Below are positions 22,877 to 37,800 of a stretch of 64,000 nucleotides of DNA, piece after piece. The stretch's first letter is position 1, and the number at the start of each line of letters is the position of its first letter. The stretch comes from Veleropilina oligotropha. Taxonomy: Eukaryota. Both the position numbers and the translations under genes were made by a program. Where the stretch lies: positions 1,240,001 to 1,304,000 of the forward strand of contig JBEUKZ010000054.1 of NCBI GenBank assembly GCA_048128005.1, in the 5' to 3' direction. Under the pieces are notes generated by a model, which saw only the letters and a list, made by a program, of their open reading frames with translations, was not told the origin of the DNA and ran no database searches.

Positions 22877-23821
22877 TGTAACCGCATTATTTGTATAAGT
22901 ACTAGACACATATTGAGATTTGTGAAGATAGGGTGAACAGAGTTTTCTCCCCTTAATGTGAATTATGAGTTGTTACTAGTCATGAGTTATCTTTTCTTGT
23001 ATATGTCATGTACAGTGCAGTGCTTCGAACACCTCCACCAGGGGTGTAGTGACGTAACGGTAAGGCACCACTTGAATGGCTGCTCTCAGACAGTGAGCAG
23101 GCCCGTGTGTGCTGTGCCGGTTTGCCCTGACATATATGCAACATACTTGTCTTGTTTCTTCCAGGTCAGTTTAACCATATTTCACTCATTGCTGTATGCA
23201 TATGCTTATATTGTTTCTACCGTATAATATTGGTTTATGTCATTAATAATATGTTTAGTGCATAATAGCATTTCGGTCACGTAGTTGCCGCGTGAACTCA
23301 TGGTTCCCGCCAATCGGTATAGACGCACATGTTGTGCGTGGGTGTTTATACGGCATTAGTATTTTGATGTTGTATTGACAAGTAGTAATTATAGTGTATG
23401 TCGTCTCCGAAGACTTGTCAGAAAAGTGTCTGACTGTAAAGAAATGCTTACTGATAATATAATACTGAGTGGTAGTATGTGCATACGAGTATGTTAGTAG
23501 TAGTTAAAGTAGTAGTATAACTGTATTGTTTATATTGTACTTGGTTTATATCGTTGTCGTTGGTATTAATTCGGTTTGTATAATAAAGAGAGCTTGTCCG
23601 CACCACTTGAATGGCTGCTCTCAGACAGTGAGCAGGCCCGTGTGTGCTGTGCCGGTTTGCCCTGACATATATGCAACATACTTGTCTTGTTTCTTCCAGT
23701 TGGGTATATCCCTGCCCATTAATCGACCTGCCGCTGAGGGAGCCCGTTTAGTTCTGTGTCTCAGAACGTGCGTAGCGAGTGGAAGCCCTGTAACTATTCA
23801 GAGGGACCCAACCCGGCTACA
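22877..23821 (+). repeat. 3' LTR (945 bp)
   Basis: Direct repeat of 20684-21628, preceded by the PPT-like GTGGGGGACAA. Confidence 0.95.
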
Positions 23822-24235
23822 CATATACATTTTAACTCCCATGCGCTTGTTAGTGTGACCCAGCGTCATAAACTTCTGATATACAGGTAACAGTGTCTAT
23901 GGTAACCTGCTGTTTCAGGACTGGACTGAATGGAAATGCTTCATTGTGATTGGTCAATTTGACAAGAAAAATAACTGATTTAAAATGCTTTTAATTTTTT
24001 AGTGACCGCATATTTTAGTGAGAACATTGACTTTATGAGTACACAACTACCTAATCTTAATTTACATTCAGAGATATCTCCTTCACCTCTTACACTGCAG
24101 CACTTTGTCACAATAACCCAGCGCTACCCACGACCTATAAGCTTTGATATGATACTACATCTAATCATTTGATATGCATCATGAATGACCCACATCCCAG
24201 GGCATTATCATATAATCTATGCTCCGGTAACATTT

Positions 24236-25950
24236 CTAGTTAGGGCTTCAAGCTCTTTCAAGCTTGAACCCCTATTGAAATTGTACCGGTTATTATTCTT
24301 ATTCTGACGTTTTTTGTGGGCACTTTAGCGCGAAAACGGCTATAGCTACAGCTTTCAAAATTCATGTGTGCTTGGGCACATCATTGAAGCATTGCCTCGT
24401 TCTATTTTCAAGTTTCGGGATTTTATGCTTTGGTCGTAATCTTCAATTTTGTAAAAAAATATGACCTCTTTTCAAAAACGATATAAGTCTTACACGGCTT
24501 TCGAGATCGAGACAAAATCTTCAAAGGCATGATCTAGACTATTGAGACAACAATCTCCTGGAAATGAAATTTTCATTTTTTCAATGCTAAGATCGCTACA
24601 GGCGTCCTAATCTTGACAAAATTAAAAATGACCTCTTTTCAAAAACGATATAAGTCTTACACGGCTTTCGAGATCGAGACAAAATCTTCAAAGGCATGAT
24701 CTAGACTATTGAGACAACAATCTCTTGGAAATGAAATTTTCATTTTTTCAATGCTAAGATCGCTACGGGCGTCCTAATCTTGACAAAATTTTGAAGTTTT
24801 TTCAATTTTTCATTTCTGCAGTATCTTTCAATGCACTCGACGAAATCTTTCCAATCTTCCAGGGTGAGTGCGCATCGATATCAAGTAATGTTTGCCGCAA
24901 AATTTTAGCCAATAAATGCCATGGTTTCGTCGCAATCTTTGATTTTTTGAAAACATTAAAATGCGCTTTTCTCAGAACTGAGTAGCGTGATCTTATCGAC
25001 ACTTGGTAGTTTTGACAAAGCATTATATCGGTATATGTTGTTCTAATGGAATACTTTGTGAGACAAATTAAAAAGGAGTTATGAAGACATTAAATTTAAT
25101 ATTAAATTGACTGTAACTTCTTTAATTTTCATTTATATGAAACGTGACGCAATTCATTTTATTCGTATCGAAAATATCTAATGTAATATCTATAGAATAC
25201 ATCGCTAAAATGAGTTGCTTGAGAGTTATTAGACTTAGTTTTTTTAGATGAATATTGCTTCATAGCGCCTCTAAAAATAGTCCTTTTTCTTCCAGATTTT
25301 CGCATAAAATATACTATATAAAGATCGTTATATTAGAGAATTGTGACAAGAATACAATAAGTACTTTCATTGTTTAAAAAATACTATTTTAATTCCTCGT
25401 CTCATTTCGGCGCGACCAGCTCAGTGCTAATTGCCTTATCAGATGAAGTAGGCAGTTTATGAGCCTGTCTCTTTGAGGTGTCATAAAGCCGCGTGGCAAC
25501 CCTATCCAGTGGACAGAAAGGCCCTTGAGAAGTTCTGCTATCAGGCTTAAGTAAACATTTAGCCAACAGAAGGCTACATGATTCATTAACTGTTAATATA
25601 TGGTGAAAACATTGATATTCTGTTGGTCAGTCCAGCTGCGCATTCATTATTATAGATACTTCTTAATTTCCATCATAGGTTAATGCACAAGATAATAGAT
25701 TTCATAGCATCTAGGTTTCAAAATTTTCCGGCCCCCCTAGCACTTTCGGCGTAGAAATCTAAGATTGGCGGCATTCGATTCAGAGTGGCCATATGTATAT
25801 CTTAAAATATAAAAAATATTTTTTTAAATTTAGTATTGTTTTGTAATTTTTTTTTTTTAAATTAAACTTTCTTATTTTTTTGTATTTTACGTCTTTTTTT
25901 TATTTCGTTTATCTGATTGAAGCCCTCACAGCTGCTCGCAGCTTTAATTA
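24236..25950 (+). mobile_element. HINE-like element with a 167-bp internal tandem duplication
   Basis: AGGGCTTCA near 24242 and inverted TGAAGCCCT near 25918, followed by the hairpin AGCTGCTCGCAGCT. Duplicated block at 24461 and 24628. Confidence 0.65.
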
Positions 25951-26949
25951 TATTTGAAGTTGTTTTTAGGCAACGAGATGTATTATGGCAGTATCTTATA
26001 CATTATCGTACGTAGTTAGATGGTCAAGTTTAGCTTATAATTATTTTCATTCACATGTCATGCTGTATGCTCTTGTAGTTCTTGGTTGAGAGCACTAGTT
26101 AAATGTTGACTCTTAGTTTGTACAGGTTGTAGTTGGTATACGTGCACCATGCAACAAAAGCAGCGTATTGTATTACATTTTCAATCTATCCAGACAATAC
26201 TACAAAATTACTAGTAATATCACATTATCAAAATGTAATAGACTCTGTTGTAATTTTCCATTAATTTGTATATATCGAGCGACATTATTGGAAATATATA
26301 TTACGACAGTGATGTATTGCAGGCAAATTCATAATTTTATTATATATATGATAATTATCCATGCTATCGTACCTTCACAAATTTCAAGCATATAATTTGC
26401 TAAATAGTTATAACGAATAAAAGATTGTCAGTTTTGTTTTTTCTTGATATTTCAGACAATCCCAAATTTTAATCTTGCTTGTTGGTGACCTTGGATGACC
26501 TATAACTTTGAAAATTTATAATTTTGAATCACATTGTCTCATGATTGTTATTCTGAATCTACTAAGTTGAAATTGTTTTTATCATATGTATAAAAAATCA
26601 TAGCAGTTAAAATTTAATCTATCGCCTGATTTAATAGTACTTATCGTGTTCCGAGGTCCATGATTTGCGGTTAACAAGCACGTTAACATTGCCCGATATG
26701 ATGATATAAGAGATAAGACTACATACATGTGATGCGACTATGTCAGCGCGTTGGGTGAGATCGAGATAGAAGCAAGCTGCACATTGCTCATTTGTGACCT
26801 TGACTTTGTCATAACCCATGACACTTCTTATTGCCCCTGCCGATGTACGTTTTGCGTCCTTGCATCCTTTTTTCGCATTGTCAGGCACTGTTAATACATG
26901 TAGTTAGTATAACAATTATATTCATGTCTGCAGTCTCTTGATACCAAGC

Positions 26950-27168
26950 ATGTCATGTCACATCCATATAAGGTCATGTCACATCCATATAGCAAACACG
27001 CGCGCAAAAGTGCCCATAATATAAATATCTGCCACGCCCTAAAAAAATCCTGGGAACATCACTGTATAAGGTCATGTCACATCCATATACGGTCATGTCA
27101 CATCCATATAAGGTCATGTCACATCCATATAAGGTCATGTCACATCCATATAAGGTCATGTCACATCC
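26950..27168. repeat. Minisatellite, 21-bp unit AAGGTCATGTCACATCCATAT, in two blocks
   Basis: About 2 copies at 26950-26990 and about 5 at 27066-27168. Confidence 0.9.
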
Positions 27169-28214
27169 TTTGTTATCCGCTAACATTTTGTCGCAAAACT
27201 GTGAACAGACCACAAATAATTTGGTGCCATTCGATAATATTTCATATGGACATTCACTGTAACATAAGGCTGTCAGGTAGGTTTGTATTTTATACTGGCA
27301 TGTACCCTCAAAACATTTGTATGGTATCCCCTGATCATAATATTATTGCATACAGAAATGTTATGTTTGTTCCGCGATATACCGTACCTTGAAAATAGTA
27401 TGCCGTGTGTACAGTATTTATATAAACACTATATATAATTATAAACTCTGTGAATGTAAGATAATAATTATGACTGATAACTGGCTATGGTCGTTTAACT
27501 TTACAACATGAACAATTTAATACAGTTACATGAATTAATAAATTTTGGATTAGATATACAGGGCTCCAGATAGCATGCGTATTTGCATATATTACGCATA
27601 TTTTTTGCATTATTATGCTAGATGTTTGAAATATGTGCGTATCGCTTACGCATGTCCGTTAATAAATACGTATAGATATAATAATCATTGCGTAAAACAA
27701 AACCTGTGTCACAGTTGAATGTCGATTGCAATCGCTGCTGCTCTGGTTTTGTCGGAAAATCCTGATTGACATATTATAAAGGGAGGTAACTCGTCTGGTT
27801 AGCAAAACTCCATGAAAGAAGCAATCGTATTTGTCCAATAATCGACTTCAGACAATGAAATTACTTTTGCAATCGTCTGCTTGAAAAACAAAATGTCAAA
27901 ACTTTTAGGCCGTCGCATGATCAATTTTCGCGGAAAATCCGTATGCTCGATCGTTAACGATGTTATTAATAAAAGTTAACTGTAAAAAAACAAGCAATGG
28001 AAGACCAAGTTCTCATGGTTAACAGCCAAAGTAAATTATGATGGTACGCTTGTAAAATGTACGATTTACGTACAATGAAAGGCTGACATTAGTTGAGTTC
28101 GGAGGTAATTAGGTCAAACACATTTAATTGTCAGCTTAGAAGATGAATTTCACTATTGTTTTGATAGTACTTCAATGAATAGGGTCTATGATGACAATTC
28201 ATTTAAAGACCTGC

Positions 28215-28730
28215 CTTTTGTTATCCCCCGGTTACCATCGGGGGGATCTTGCGATCGCCCAGTCTGTCTGTCCGTCCGTCTGTCTGTATGTAATAGATAT
28301 CGTTTCCGGAGCATATCTCTTACGCTGCTCAACATTACTTTACGATACTTACAGGGCATATTAAGTAGTCAGTGAACTGGTGCCTTTGCCAGTTTCGACG
28401 TTGAGCGGCGATTATTAAAAGAGTTACTGACCTTGTTGTAAATTCGCAAATGTTAGCTTTTACGGACCGTATCTCATACACCGCTCTAACTAACTTGACG
28501 AAACTTGCTGGGTGTAATAAGTAGTTGGTGAACTGGTGCATTTTGCTAATTGCAACGCTGTGCAGCGATTAATAACAGAGTTATTGCCCTTGTTGTAATT
28601 TGTTAATGTTCCCTTTTCCGGAGCATATCTCTTAAACCGATTGGCATATCTTGATGAAATTTGGTGGGTGTATTCAGTAGTCTGTGAACTGGTGCCTTTT
28701 GCTAATTTCGACGCAGCGATTCTAAATGGA
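28215..28730 (+). mobile_element. HINE-like element 5' part
   Basis: Hairpin head ATCCCCCGG...CGGGGGGAT, GTCT/GTCC microsatellite and diverged ~155-bp repeats (GTGAACTGGTGC x3). Confidence 0.6.
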
Positions 28731-30077
28731 GCGCTCGTGCGCACCATAGAAGATGTAATTACTGGTTGAAATCGTACCAGCATAATAAACGCAACCAAAA
28801 TGCAGTTCAATCCATATTTAATTCTTTGCCAGAGTGAAGTACGTTTACAGTACATCATATTTTTCATGTGCAAACTTGGATTGCTTTCAAGATTGCAATT
28901 TGCTAGGTTTACTTTGGATCTATGCTTGGCATCCCTTGCCACATATCGTGGACATATCAGGACATGTCCATATATGGAGGATCCAATGAAAGCCAGGTCA
29001 CCCAGGACAACTGAGGACATTACTCTGACCGCTAGCTCCACAAAGTGCTGAGCTGAGAATTCTGACTCGCTCCTGTGAATCGGGGCAGGCAGGCGAGTGA
29101 ATTGAATGCCGCATTCTTATCCCGTCGAACACTGGGCTTTATCTACAGCCCATTATAAATAAAGACATTACCCTTTAGTTTGCCCAAGGTGGTTTTATAT
29201 TTTGCGGATTCACTGTATGAACTATCTCTCGGCTGAAATGTCCTTTTGATAAGCTGGAGCATCGTGCCACATCTCTACTGGAGCATTGATGCCTTCATCT
29301 CATCCATTGTTACTAGATCTCGAGTTCTAATTATCAGACAGAATGTTGACCTAATTTAAATGGGTGTTGTTTGATGACCTTGTTCATATGACAATCGGTA
29401 TGGTGATCAGTATGATGCTTTAGTGAGCTCAATTATGATTCAATGTTTCTTGTTTATAAAAATTGATTTTGGCGACAACTTCTATAATAAATTAAACTCT
29501 GCAGATCGTCCATGTTTGGAATGAAAATCCCATAAGGAAAAATTAACGTAGGTCTCGGTGGTGTGCAGTTATAAAATTACGACTGATCTAATTTCAAATA
29601 TTTAGGTTCGGAAATTAATTTGTGTACATTTTACCATCGTGCATATAACTTTATTTACTGTTGCATTCACCTTAACAATCACATTTTGTCACACTTGAAT
29701 TCAACTTTGCGCTTAGTGCACTATTGTAGACTATTTTATGGCATGTTTTGACATCATAACCGCGGCCCAGTCTGGTTTTATTGTTGTACGGTACTTTAAG
29801 GTCCAGCAGTTGAGTACTGTAGTTGTATTTGTGCCGTTTACCCATTGACTGACAAATGAAACCAAATGAATGCTGTTTTGTTGTTCAAAAGTATGATTGC
29901 CTAGGAAGCAACAACAACAGTTTTGTAGACTTGCACCAGCATGGTAAGAGGAGAGAGATATTACAATATTTATTTAGTGTAACTTTTTAAAACATAGAAG
30001 CATGTTTAACAAGGTGAATCCTATATATGTTAAATTGTTACAGTTTTATATTGAAAAACTGGATGTGGCATGATTAA

Positions 30078-31435
30078 AAACCAGGCACTAGTATGCGAGT
30101 CATGAATGTATAAACCAGGCACTAGTATGCGAGTCATGAATGTATAAACCAGGCACTAGTATACGAGTCATGAATGTATAAACCAGGCACTAGTATGCGA
30201 GTCATGAATGTATAAACCAGGCACTAGTATGCAGTCATGAATGTATAAACCAGGCACTAGTATGCGAGTCATGAATGTATAAACCAGGCACTAGTATGCA
30301 GTCATGAATGTATGAACCAGGCACTAGTATGCGAGTCATGAATGTATGAACCAGGCACTAGTATGCGAGTCATGAATGTATAAACCAGGCACTAGTATGC
30401 AGTCATGAATGTATAAACCAGGCACTAGTATGTGAGTCATGAATGTATAAACCAGGCACTAGTATGCGAGTCATGAATGTATAAACCAGGCACTAGTATG
30501 CGAGTCATGAATGTATAAACCAGGCACTAGTATGCGAGTCATGAATGTATAAACCAGGCACTAGTATGCGAATCATGAATGTATAAACCAGGCACTAGTA
30601 TGCAGTCATGAATGTATAAACCAGGCACTAGTATGCGAGTCATGAATGTATAAACCAGGCACTAGTATGCGAGTCATGAATGTATGAACCAGGCACTAGT
30701 ATGCGAGTCATGAATGTATGAACCAGGCACTAGTATGCGAGTCATGAATGTATAAACCAGGCACTAGTATGCGAGTCATGAATGTATAAACCAGGCACTA
30801 GTATGCGAGTCATGAATGTATAAACCAGGCACTAGTATGCGAGTCATGAATGTATAAACCAGGCACTAGTATGCGAATCATGAATGTATAAACCAGGCAC
30901 TAGTATGCAGTCATGAATGTATAAACCAGGCACTAGTATGCGAGTCATGAATGTATAAACCAGGCACTAGTATGCGAGTCATGAATGTATAAACCAGGCA
31001 CTAGTATGCGAGTCATGAATGTATAAACCAGGCACTAGTATGCGAGTCATGAATGTATAAACCAGGCACTAGTATGCGAGTCATGAATGTATAAACCAGG
31101 CACTAGTATGCGAGTCATGAATGTATAAACCAGGCACTAGTATGCGAGTCATGAATGTATAAACCAGGCACTAGTATGCGAGTCATGAATGTATAAACCA
31201 GGCACTAGTATGCGAGTCATGAATGTATAAACCAGGCACTAGTATGCGAGTCATGAATGTATAAACCAGGCACTAGTATGCGAGTCATGAATGTATAAAC
31301 CAGGCACTAGTATGCGAGTCATGAATGTATAAACCAGGCACTAGTATGCGAGTCATGAATGTATAAACCAGGCACTAGTATGCGAGTCATGAATGTATAA
31401 ACCAGGCACTAGTATGCGAGTCATGAATGTATAAA
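30078..31435. repeat. Minisatellite, 34-bp unit AAACCAGGCACTAGTATGCGAGTCATGAATGTAT, about 40 copies
   Basis: Period measured directly (30961 to 30995). Some units are 32-bp variants. Confidence 0.98.
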
Positions 31436-32913
31436 TATGAACGGTGCAAGATTGAATCCGATATGCTTAATAACAATATTCAATATGCTAGATTGCATTC
31501 TTTATGAATTTGTTTTGAAGGAATAATTTAATAAACACTAATATTGCAGAGATATGACTTTATTGAAATCAAAGGAGCAATTACCGCCAAACAGAGAAAG
31601 TCAATAATCCACATCTTATGTAAAGACAATATATCCACGGTTAATCTCGGTCTGTGCCGTCATCGAGCCGTTATTGCCTGTTTTGATGTGATCGTCCACA
31701 CGTTTATCGATGGTATCTGGTTGGTGACTAGTGGTGTAGATTTGTCTCCGTTCTATCTCATTAAATAAACACTTATGGAGGTAGTTTATTTGTCAGAAGC
31801 ACTTCTGTACGAGTTATCATCTTAGTAACAATCTAAATACCTATTGATATGACTGTCTGTTCACTTTCCAAGACACAGCATTTTATTATGAACTTAACTT
31901 GCTTTAGAGAGTTCCGATTGAAAGCAGCAAAATGGCCTGCAGGTATTTTTTATGATATATCTAAACATTTAATGTAAATACACGATTTGTAATTTAAATT
32001 AGTTTGTTCACTAAGATAGTAGCGTGCATTAAACGATAAGTACATGACATATGAGCATTAATTTGAGTATGTGATTAATACATGTAATAATGGCAGCTTA
32101 TGTTATAAACGATAGTATTCTTGGCTTAACTGGATTAACTTGGATCTATTACTGTATATTAATGGTAAATTGAAAATCATTTTGTGAAAAGTTAATTTTA
32201 ATATATCCGTAAACAATTTGGTTAAAGTTTCGAATTGAGGGTACACTTGCCCATGATACTTTTTGGCATATATGTGCTTTAAAATTTGTAGGCGTTATAT
32301 GGATGACACCTGGTACTCTGGAAGTGAGATTGAATAAAATTTAATATAATTATTGCATAAATATAGGTGATTTTGAACATATAAATTTTGGTTAAAGTTT
32401 TTCATTGAGTGTATATGGGTTGTTGAAACAACATTCTGGTGTATATATGCTTTGGTATTGATAGTATCAATGTCAACTGATACTATGGAAGTGATGTTGA
32501 ATTAAATTTAATATAATTATTGCATAAAAATAGGTGTTTGTGGACATATAAATTTTGGTTAAAGTTTTGTTTAAATTTTTCAATGGGCATATGGGTTGTT
32601 CTAGGCACTGTTTTGCATATGAACTTTAGTGTTGACTATATTGATGCTGCTCCCTCATCTGCAAGTGATTTATATATATATGGACGTAGAAATTTTTGTT
32701 AAAGTTGAGTGAATTTCCGTTCTGTACCATTATTGCATACATATTCTTTGGTGATGCTTATATTGATACCACCTTTTATTCGTGCAATGACATTGAATAT
32801 TTTTTGTATAAATATTGAGGAAACTTGATGTGTTGGGGGTTTTGATTAAAGTTTATATCAGAGTGATTGCGGAAGGTGGGGGATGAATCCGTTTTCTAAC
32901 GGGCTATTGTTAA

Positions 32914-33541
32914 AGATGCATTGCCCGTAAGTAGCCAAAAACGCTTTTAATTTTAAACCCTAGACCGCAAACGTATTTTCGCCAGTTGGCTAAAGTTAGA
33001 AACTTGGCAATTTTTCCAAAAAATTCTGAAGCACCTACAAATTAAAAGAAAAAAATAATAAAACCGGGTCTGGTTTTATTATTTGGGTGACGGACGTTCG
33101 TCGAAGGGAATTTCGTGAAGTTGGGCACTGTCATTGGGCATTGGGTAGCTTCCCACAATGGGCTTTGTGGGCAATTGAGCTGCAAACTTATCACTAATTA
33201 ACTATTTTACAGTACTGTCACATCGCATGCAAATTCGATAAATTAATTATTCGTATATGACGTAGCGTCTGCATGTTTCGATAAAAAGTATACTCGAAAA
33301 TGGACGAGTCGTCTCATTCGTCGAAGTCCGAATTGGGAAATGCACGCATCCTTGGTCATTATAATGGCGGATAGATGAGCAATTTCTGCAACGAGTAATG
33401 ATTTCAGCAGCGATTTTTTATTATAAAGCAGCAAACAGTGTTTCTTCTTCAAATTTGAATCATCAAAACTTTTTGTAACATCCACAAATAGGTAAGTAAG
33501 GCTATGTATGGCCATAAGCGATAGTTACGGGCAATGCATCT
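32914..33541 (+). mobile_element. Complete non-autonomous Kolobok-like DNA transposon (628 bp)
   Basis: Perfect 17-bp TIR AGATGCATTGCCCGTAA / TTACGGGCAATGCATCT with TTAA on both flanks. TTAA plus purine-purine termini is characteristic of Kolobok. Confidence 0.85.
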
Positions 33542-34804
33542 TTAAGTCTTCCATTCCATATACTTGTATATATATATGTATATGAACAAGGCTATAATAC
33601 TTGTTAAGTTTACAACCCTTTGTGTTTGGACAAATTTCGTGCCATTATATCAGTATATAGCTGATTGCTGTTGATAATGTAACTATTGTTACTTGATAAT
33701 GTCTGAATGAACACTTTAATTGATCTTTGGGAATTTACAGGTGCCAGATTATATCTTGGTTACTGTATGCACTAAGCTCTCGTGTTTCATGCATATGATC
33801 CAATAATGCCCGCAGTGTTATATTAATATAATGCATCCATGTTGTATTGAGGTCTGTTAATGTTATATCACTCCTATGTTCTGATGGACATATTTCCATT
33901 CCGTAGAAATGTCATATTTGTAGGACAGATATTTTTAACTTTTCTTCATTTGTAGGCATCTTACTAATATTTGTGTGACATACCTGACCAAAATTTGTTG
34001 AACACAACTGGCTGTTCAGACTTGTTTGGTCATAACAAGGTCCAGTTATCTGACGATGAGCCAATTTATTTATCAAGAACAACGTTTCTTGCAGTATATA
34101 TGTTATTCTAATGCAAATCGGACGATGCCTTCACTAGTGCATGTGTACATCAAATTGTTTGGAAGCTTGATCTGATAACACGGAATCGCTATGAAAAGTT
34201 TGTGTTCTTTTCATCCTATATGATTCTATATACATAGCATCTAATGTCTTGAAGGTTTTGCTTTTGTCATTTGCATCAAGTGATATGTGATCCATTGTAA
34301 ACCAGTTTATGACGACCAAGTATAGGCAGCCATGACAGTTGTGCTCTTGTCTCTGTAAGTGTTGTTTGTAACATGTGCTCTCAACATGCTGTATATCACA
34401 TTTCAGGTTACTTAACATTTACTGTCTGATCAAGTGCTGCTTGAGGGTGCGAGTCTAGTGTATTATTACTACTAGCGTTCTAATATTTGACCTGAATGCA
34501 TTATTTAAGTAGAGCTGTTCAAACCTAAAAACAAATCACATTTCTGGATGTTAATATACGTGATGTAATAATTACAATATATTGTTGTTTTCATTGATGG
34601 ATGTTCTTGACTTTAGATGATCACACGAACTGATTTTAGCCCGAAAACACACCTACACTGTGAGAGTCCCTTTAGTTTAATAGTTTATTACGACAAAAGT
34701 TTTAAGATTCTTTTACTAGGCACATGCAATTTTTGCAATAAATTGTCTAAAACTGTTTTTACTGCTGATAGTGAATTTTGCATTACTGCAATATCATAAC
34801 ATTG

Positions 34805-37800
34805 GTATCGTATCATGCAAACATTAGCCCTCCGACTTGAAGGCATGAACTCATCGTATCATGCAAACATTACGCCCTCCAACTTGAAGGCATAAACTCA
34901 TCATATCATGCAAACATTACGCCCTCCAACTTGAAGGCATGAACTCATCGTATCACGCAAACATTACTCCCACCAACTTGAAGGCATAAACTCATCGTAT
35001 CTGACTATCATGCAAACATTAGCCCTCCAACTTGAAGGCATAAACTCATCGTATCAAGCAACATTACGCCCACCAACTTGAAGGCATAAACTCATTGTAT
35101 CATGCGAACATTACGCCCACCAACTTGAAGGCATAAACTCATCATATCATGCAAACATTACGCCCTCCAACTTGAAGGCATAAACTCGTCGTACCATGCA
35201 AACATTAGCCCTCCAACTTGAAGGCATAAACTCATCATATCATGCAAACATTACTCCCACCAACTTGAAGGCATAAACTCATTGTATCTGACTATCATGC
35301 GAACATTACGCCCTCCAACTTGAAGGCATAAACTCATCGTATCATGCGAACATTATGCCCACCGACTTGAAGGCATAAACTCATCGTATCATGCAAACAT
35401 TAGCCCTCCAACTTGAAGGCATAAACTCATCGTATCATGCGAACATTACGCCCTCCAACTTGAAGGCATAAACTCATCGTATCATGCAAACATTAGCCCT
35501 CCAACTTGAAGGCATAAACTCATCGTATCTGACTATCATGCAAACATTAGCCCTCCAACTTGAAGGCATAAACTCATCATATCATCCAAACATTACGCCC
35601 TCCAACTTGAAGGCATAAACTCATCATATCATGCAAACATTAGCCCTCCAACTTGAAGGCATAAACTCATCGTATCATCCAAACATTACGCCCTCCAACT
35701 TGAAGGCATAAACTCATCATATCATGCAAACATTAGCCCTCCAACTTGAAGGCATGAACTCATCATATCATGCAAACATTACTCCCACCAACTTGAAGGC
35801 ATAAACTCATTGTATTTGACTATCATGCGAACATTACGCCCTCCAACTTGAAGGCATAAACTCATCATATCATCCAAACATTACGCCCTCCAACTTGAAG
35901 GCATAAACTCATCATATCATGCAAACATTACGCCCACCGACTTGAAGGCATGAACTCATCGTATCATGCAAACATTACGCCCTCCAACTTGAAAGCATAA
36001 ACTCATCATATCATGCAAACATTAGCCCTCCAACTTGAAGGCATAAACTCGTCGTACCATGCAAACATTAGCCCTCCAACTTGAAGGCATAAACTCATCA
36101 TATCATGCAAACATTACTCCCTCCAACTTGAAGGCATAAACTCATCGTATCTGACTATCATGCAAACATTAGCCCTCCAACTTGAAGGCATAAACTCATC
36201 GTATCATGCAAACATTACGCCCTCCAACTTGAAGGCATAAACTCATCATATCATGCAAACATTACGCCCACCAACTTGAAGGCATAAACTCATCGTATCT
36301 GACTATCATGCAAACATTAGCCCTCCAACTTGAAGGCATAAACTCATCGTATCATGCAAACATTACGCCCACCAACTTGAAGGCATAAACTCATCGTATC
36401 TGACTATCATGCAAACATTAGCCCTCCGACTTGAAGGCATAAACTCATCGTATCATGCGAACATTACGCCCTCCAACTTGAAGGCATAAACTCATCATAT
36501 CATGCAAACATTAGCCCTCGAACTTGAAGGCATAAACTCATCATATTATGCAAACATTACTCCCACCAACTTGAAGGCATAAACTCATTGTATCTGACTA
36601 TCATGCGAACATTACGCCCTCCAACTTGAAGGCCTGAACTCATCGTATCATGCAAACATTACGCCCTCCGACTTGAAGGCATAAACTCATCGTATCATGC
36701 TAACATTAGCCCTCCAACTTGAAGGCATAAACTCATCATATCATGCGAACATTACGCCCTCCAACTTGAAGGCATAAACTCATCGTATCATGCGAACATT
36801 ACACCCTCCAACTTGAAGGCATGAACTCATCATATCATACAAATATTAGCCCTCCAACTTGAAGGCATAAACTCATCGTATCATGCAAACATTACGCCCA
36901 CCAACTTGAAGGCATAAACTCATCGTACCATGCAACATTACGCCCACCAACTTGAAGGCATAAACTCATCGTATCATGCGAACATTACGCCCACCAACTT
37001 GAAGGCATAAACTCATCGTACCATGCAAACATTACGCCCACCAACTTGAAGGCATAAACTCATCGTACCATGCAAACATTACGCCCACCAACTTGAAGGC
37101 ATAAACTCATCGTACCATGCAAACATTACGCCCACCAACTTGAAGGCATAAACTCATCGTACCATGCAAACATTACGCCCACCAACTTGAAGGCATAAAC
37201 TCATCGTACCATGCAAACATTACGCCCACCAACTTGAAGGCATAAACTCATCGTACCATGCAAACATTACGCCCACCAACTTGAAGGCATAAACTCATCG
37301 TACCATGCAAACATTACGCCCACCAACTTGAAGGCATAAACTCATCGTATCTGACTATCATGCAAACATTAGCCCTCCAACTTGAAGGCATAAACTCATC
37401 GTATCAAGCAACATTACGCCCACCAACATGAAGGCATAAACTCATTGTATCATGCGAACATTACGCCCACCAACTTGAAGGCATAAACTCATCATATCAT
37501 GCAAACATTACGCCCTCCAACTTGAAGGCATAAACTCATCGTATCAAGCAACATTACGCCCACCAACTTGAAGGCATAAACTCATTGTATCATGCGAACA
37601 TTACGCCCACCAACTTGAAGTCATAAACTCATCATATCATGCAAACATTACGCCCTCCAACTTGAAGGCATAAACTCATCATATCATGCAAACATTACGC
37701 CCTCCAACTTGAAGGCATAAACTCGTCGTACCATGCAAACATTACGCCCTCCAACTTGAAGGCATAAACTCATCATATCATGCAAACATTACTCCCACCA

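Larger units (their letters stand above)
20684..23821 (+). mobile_element. Non-autonomous Gypsy/Metaviridae-type LTR retrotransposon, recently inserted
   Basis: Two 945-bp LTRs (TGTAACC...GGCTACA); 4-bp TSD CATA (20680-20683, 23822-23825); PBS; a purine-rich tract before the 3' LTR; 1248-bp internal region with a truncated gag and no pol. Confidence 0.95.

Noticed and set aside
28490..29051. 183-aa minus and 83-aa plus ORFs
   Set aside because: They partly overlap HINE-like repeats and have no recognisable domain or consistent splice structure.
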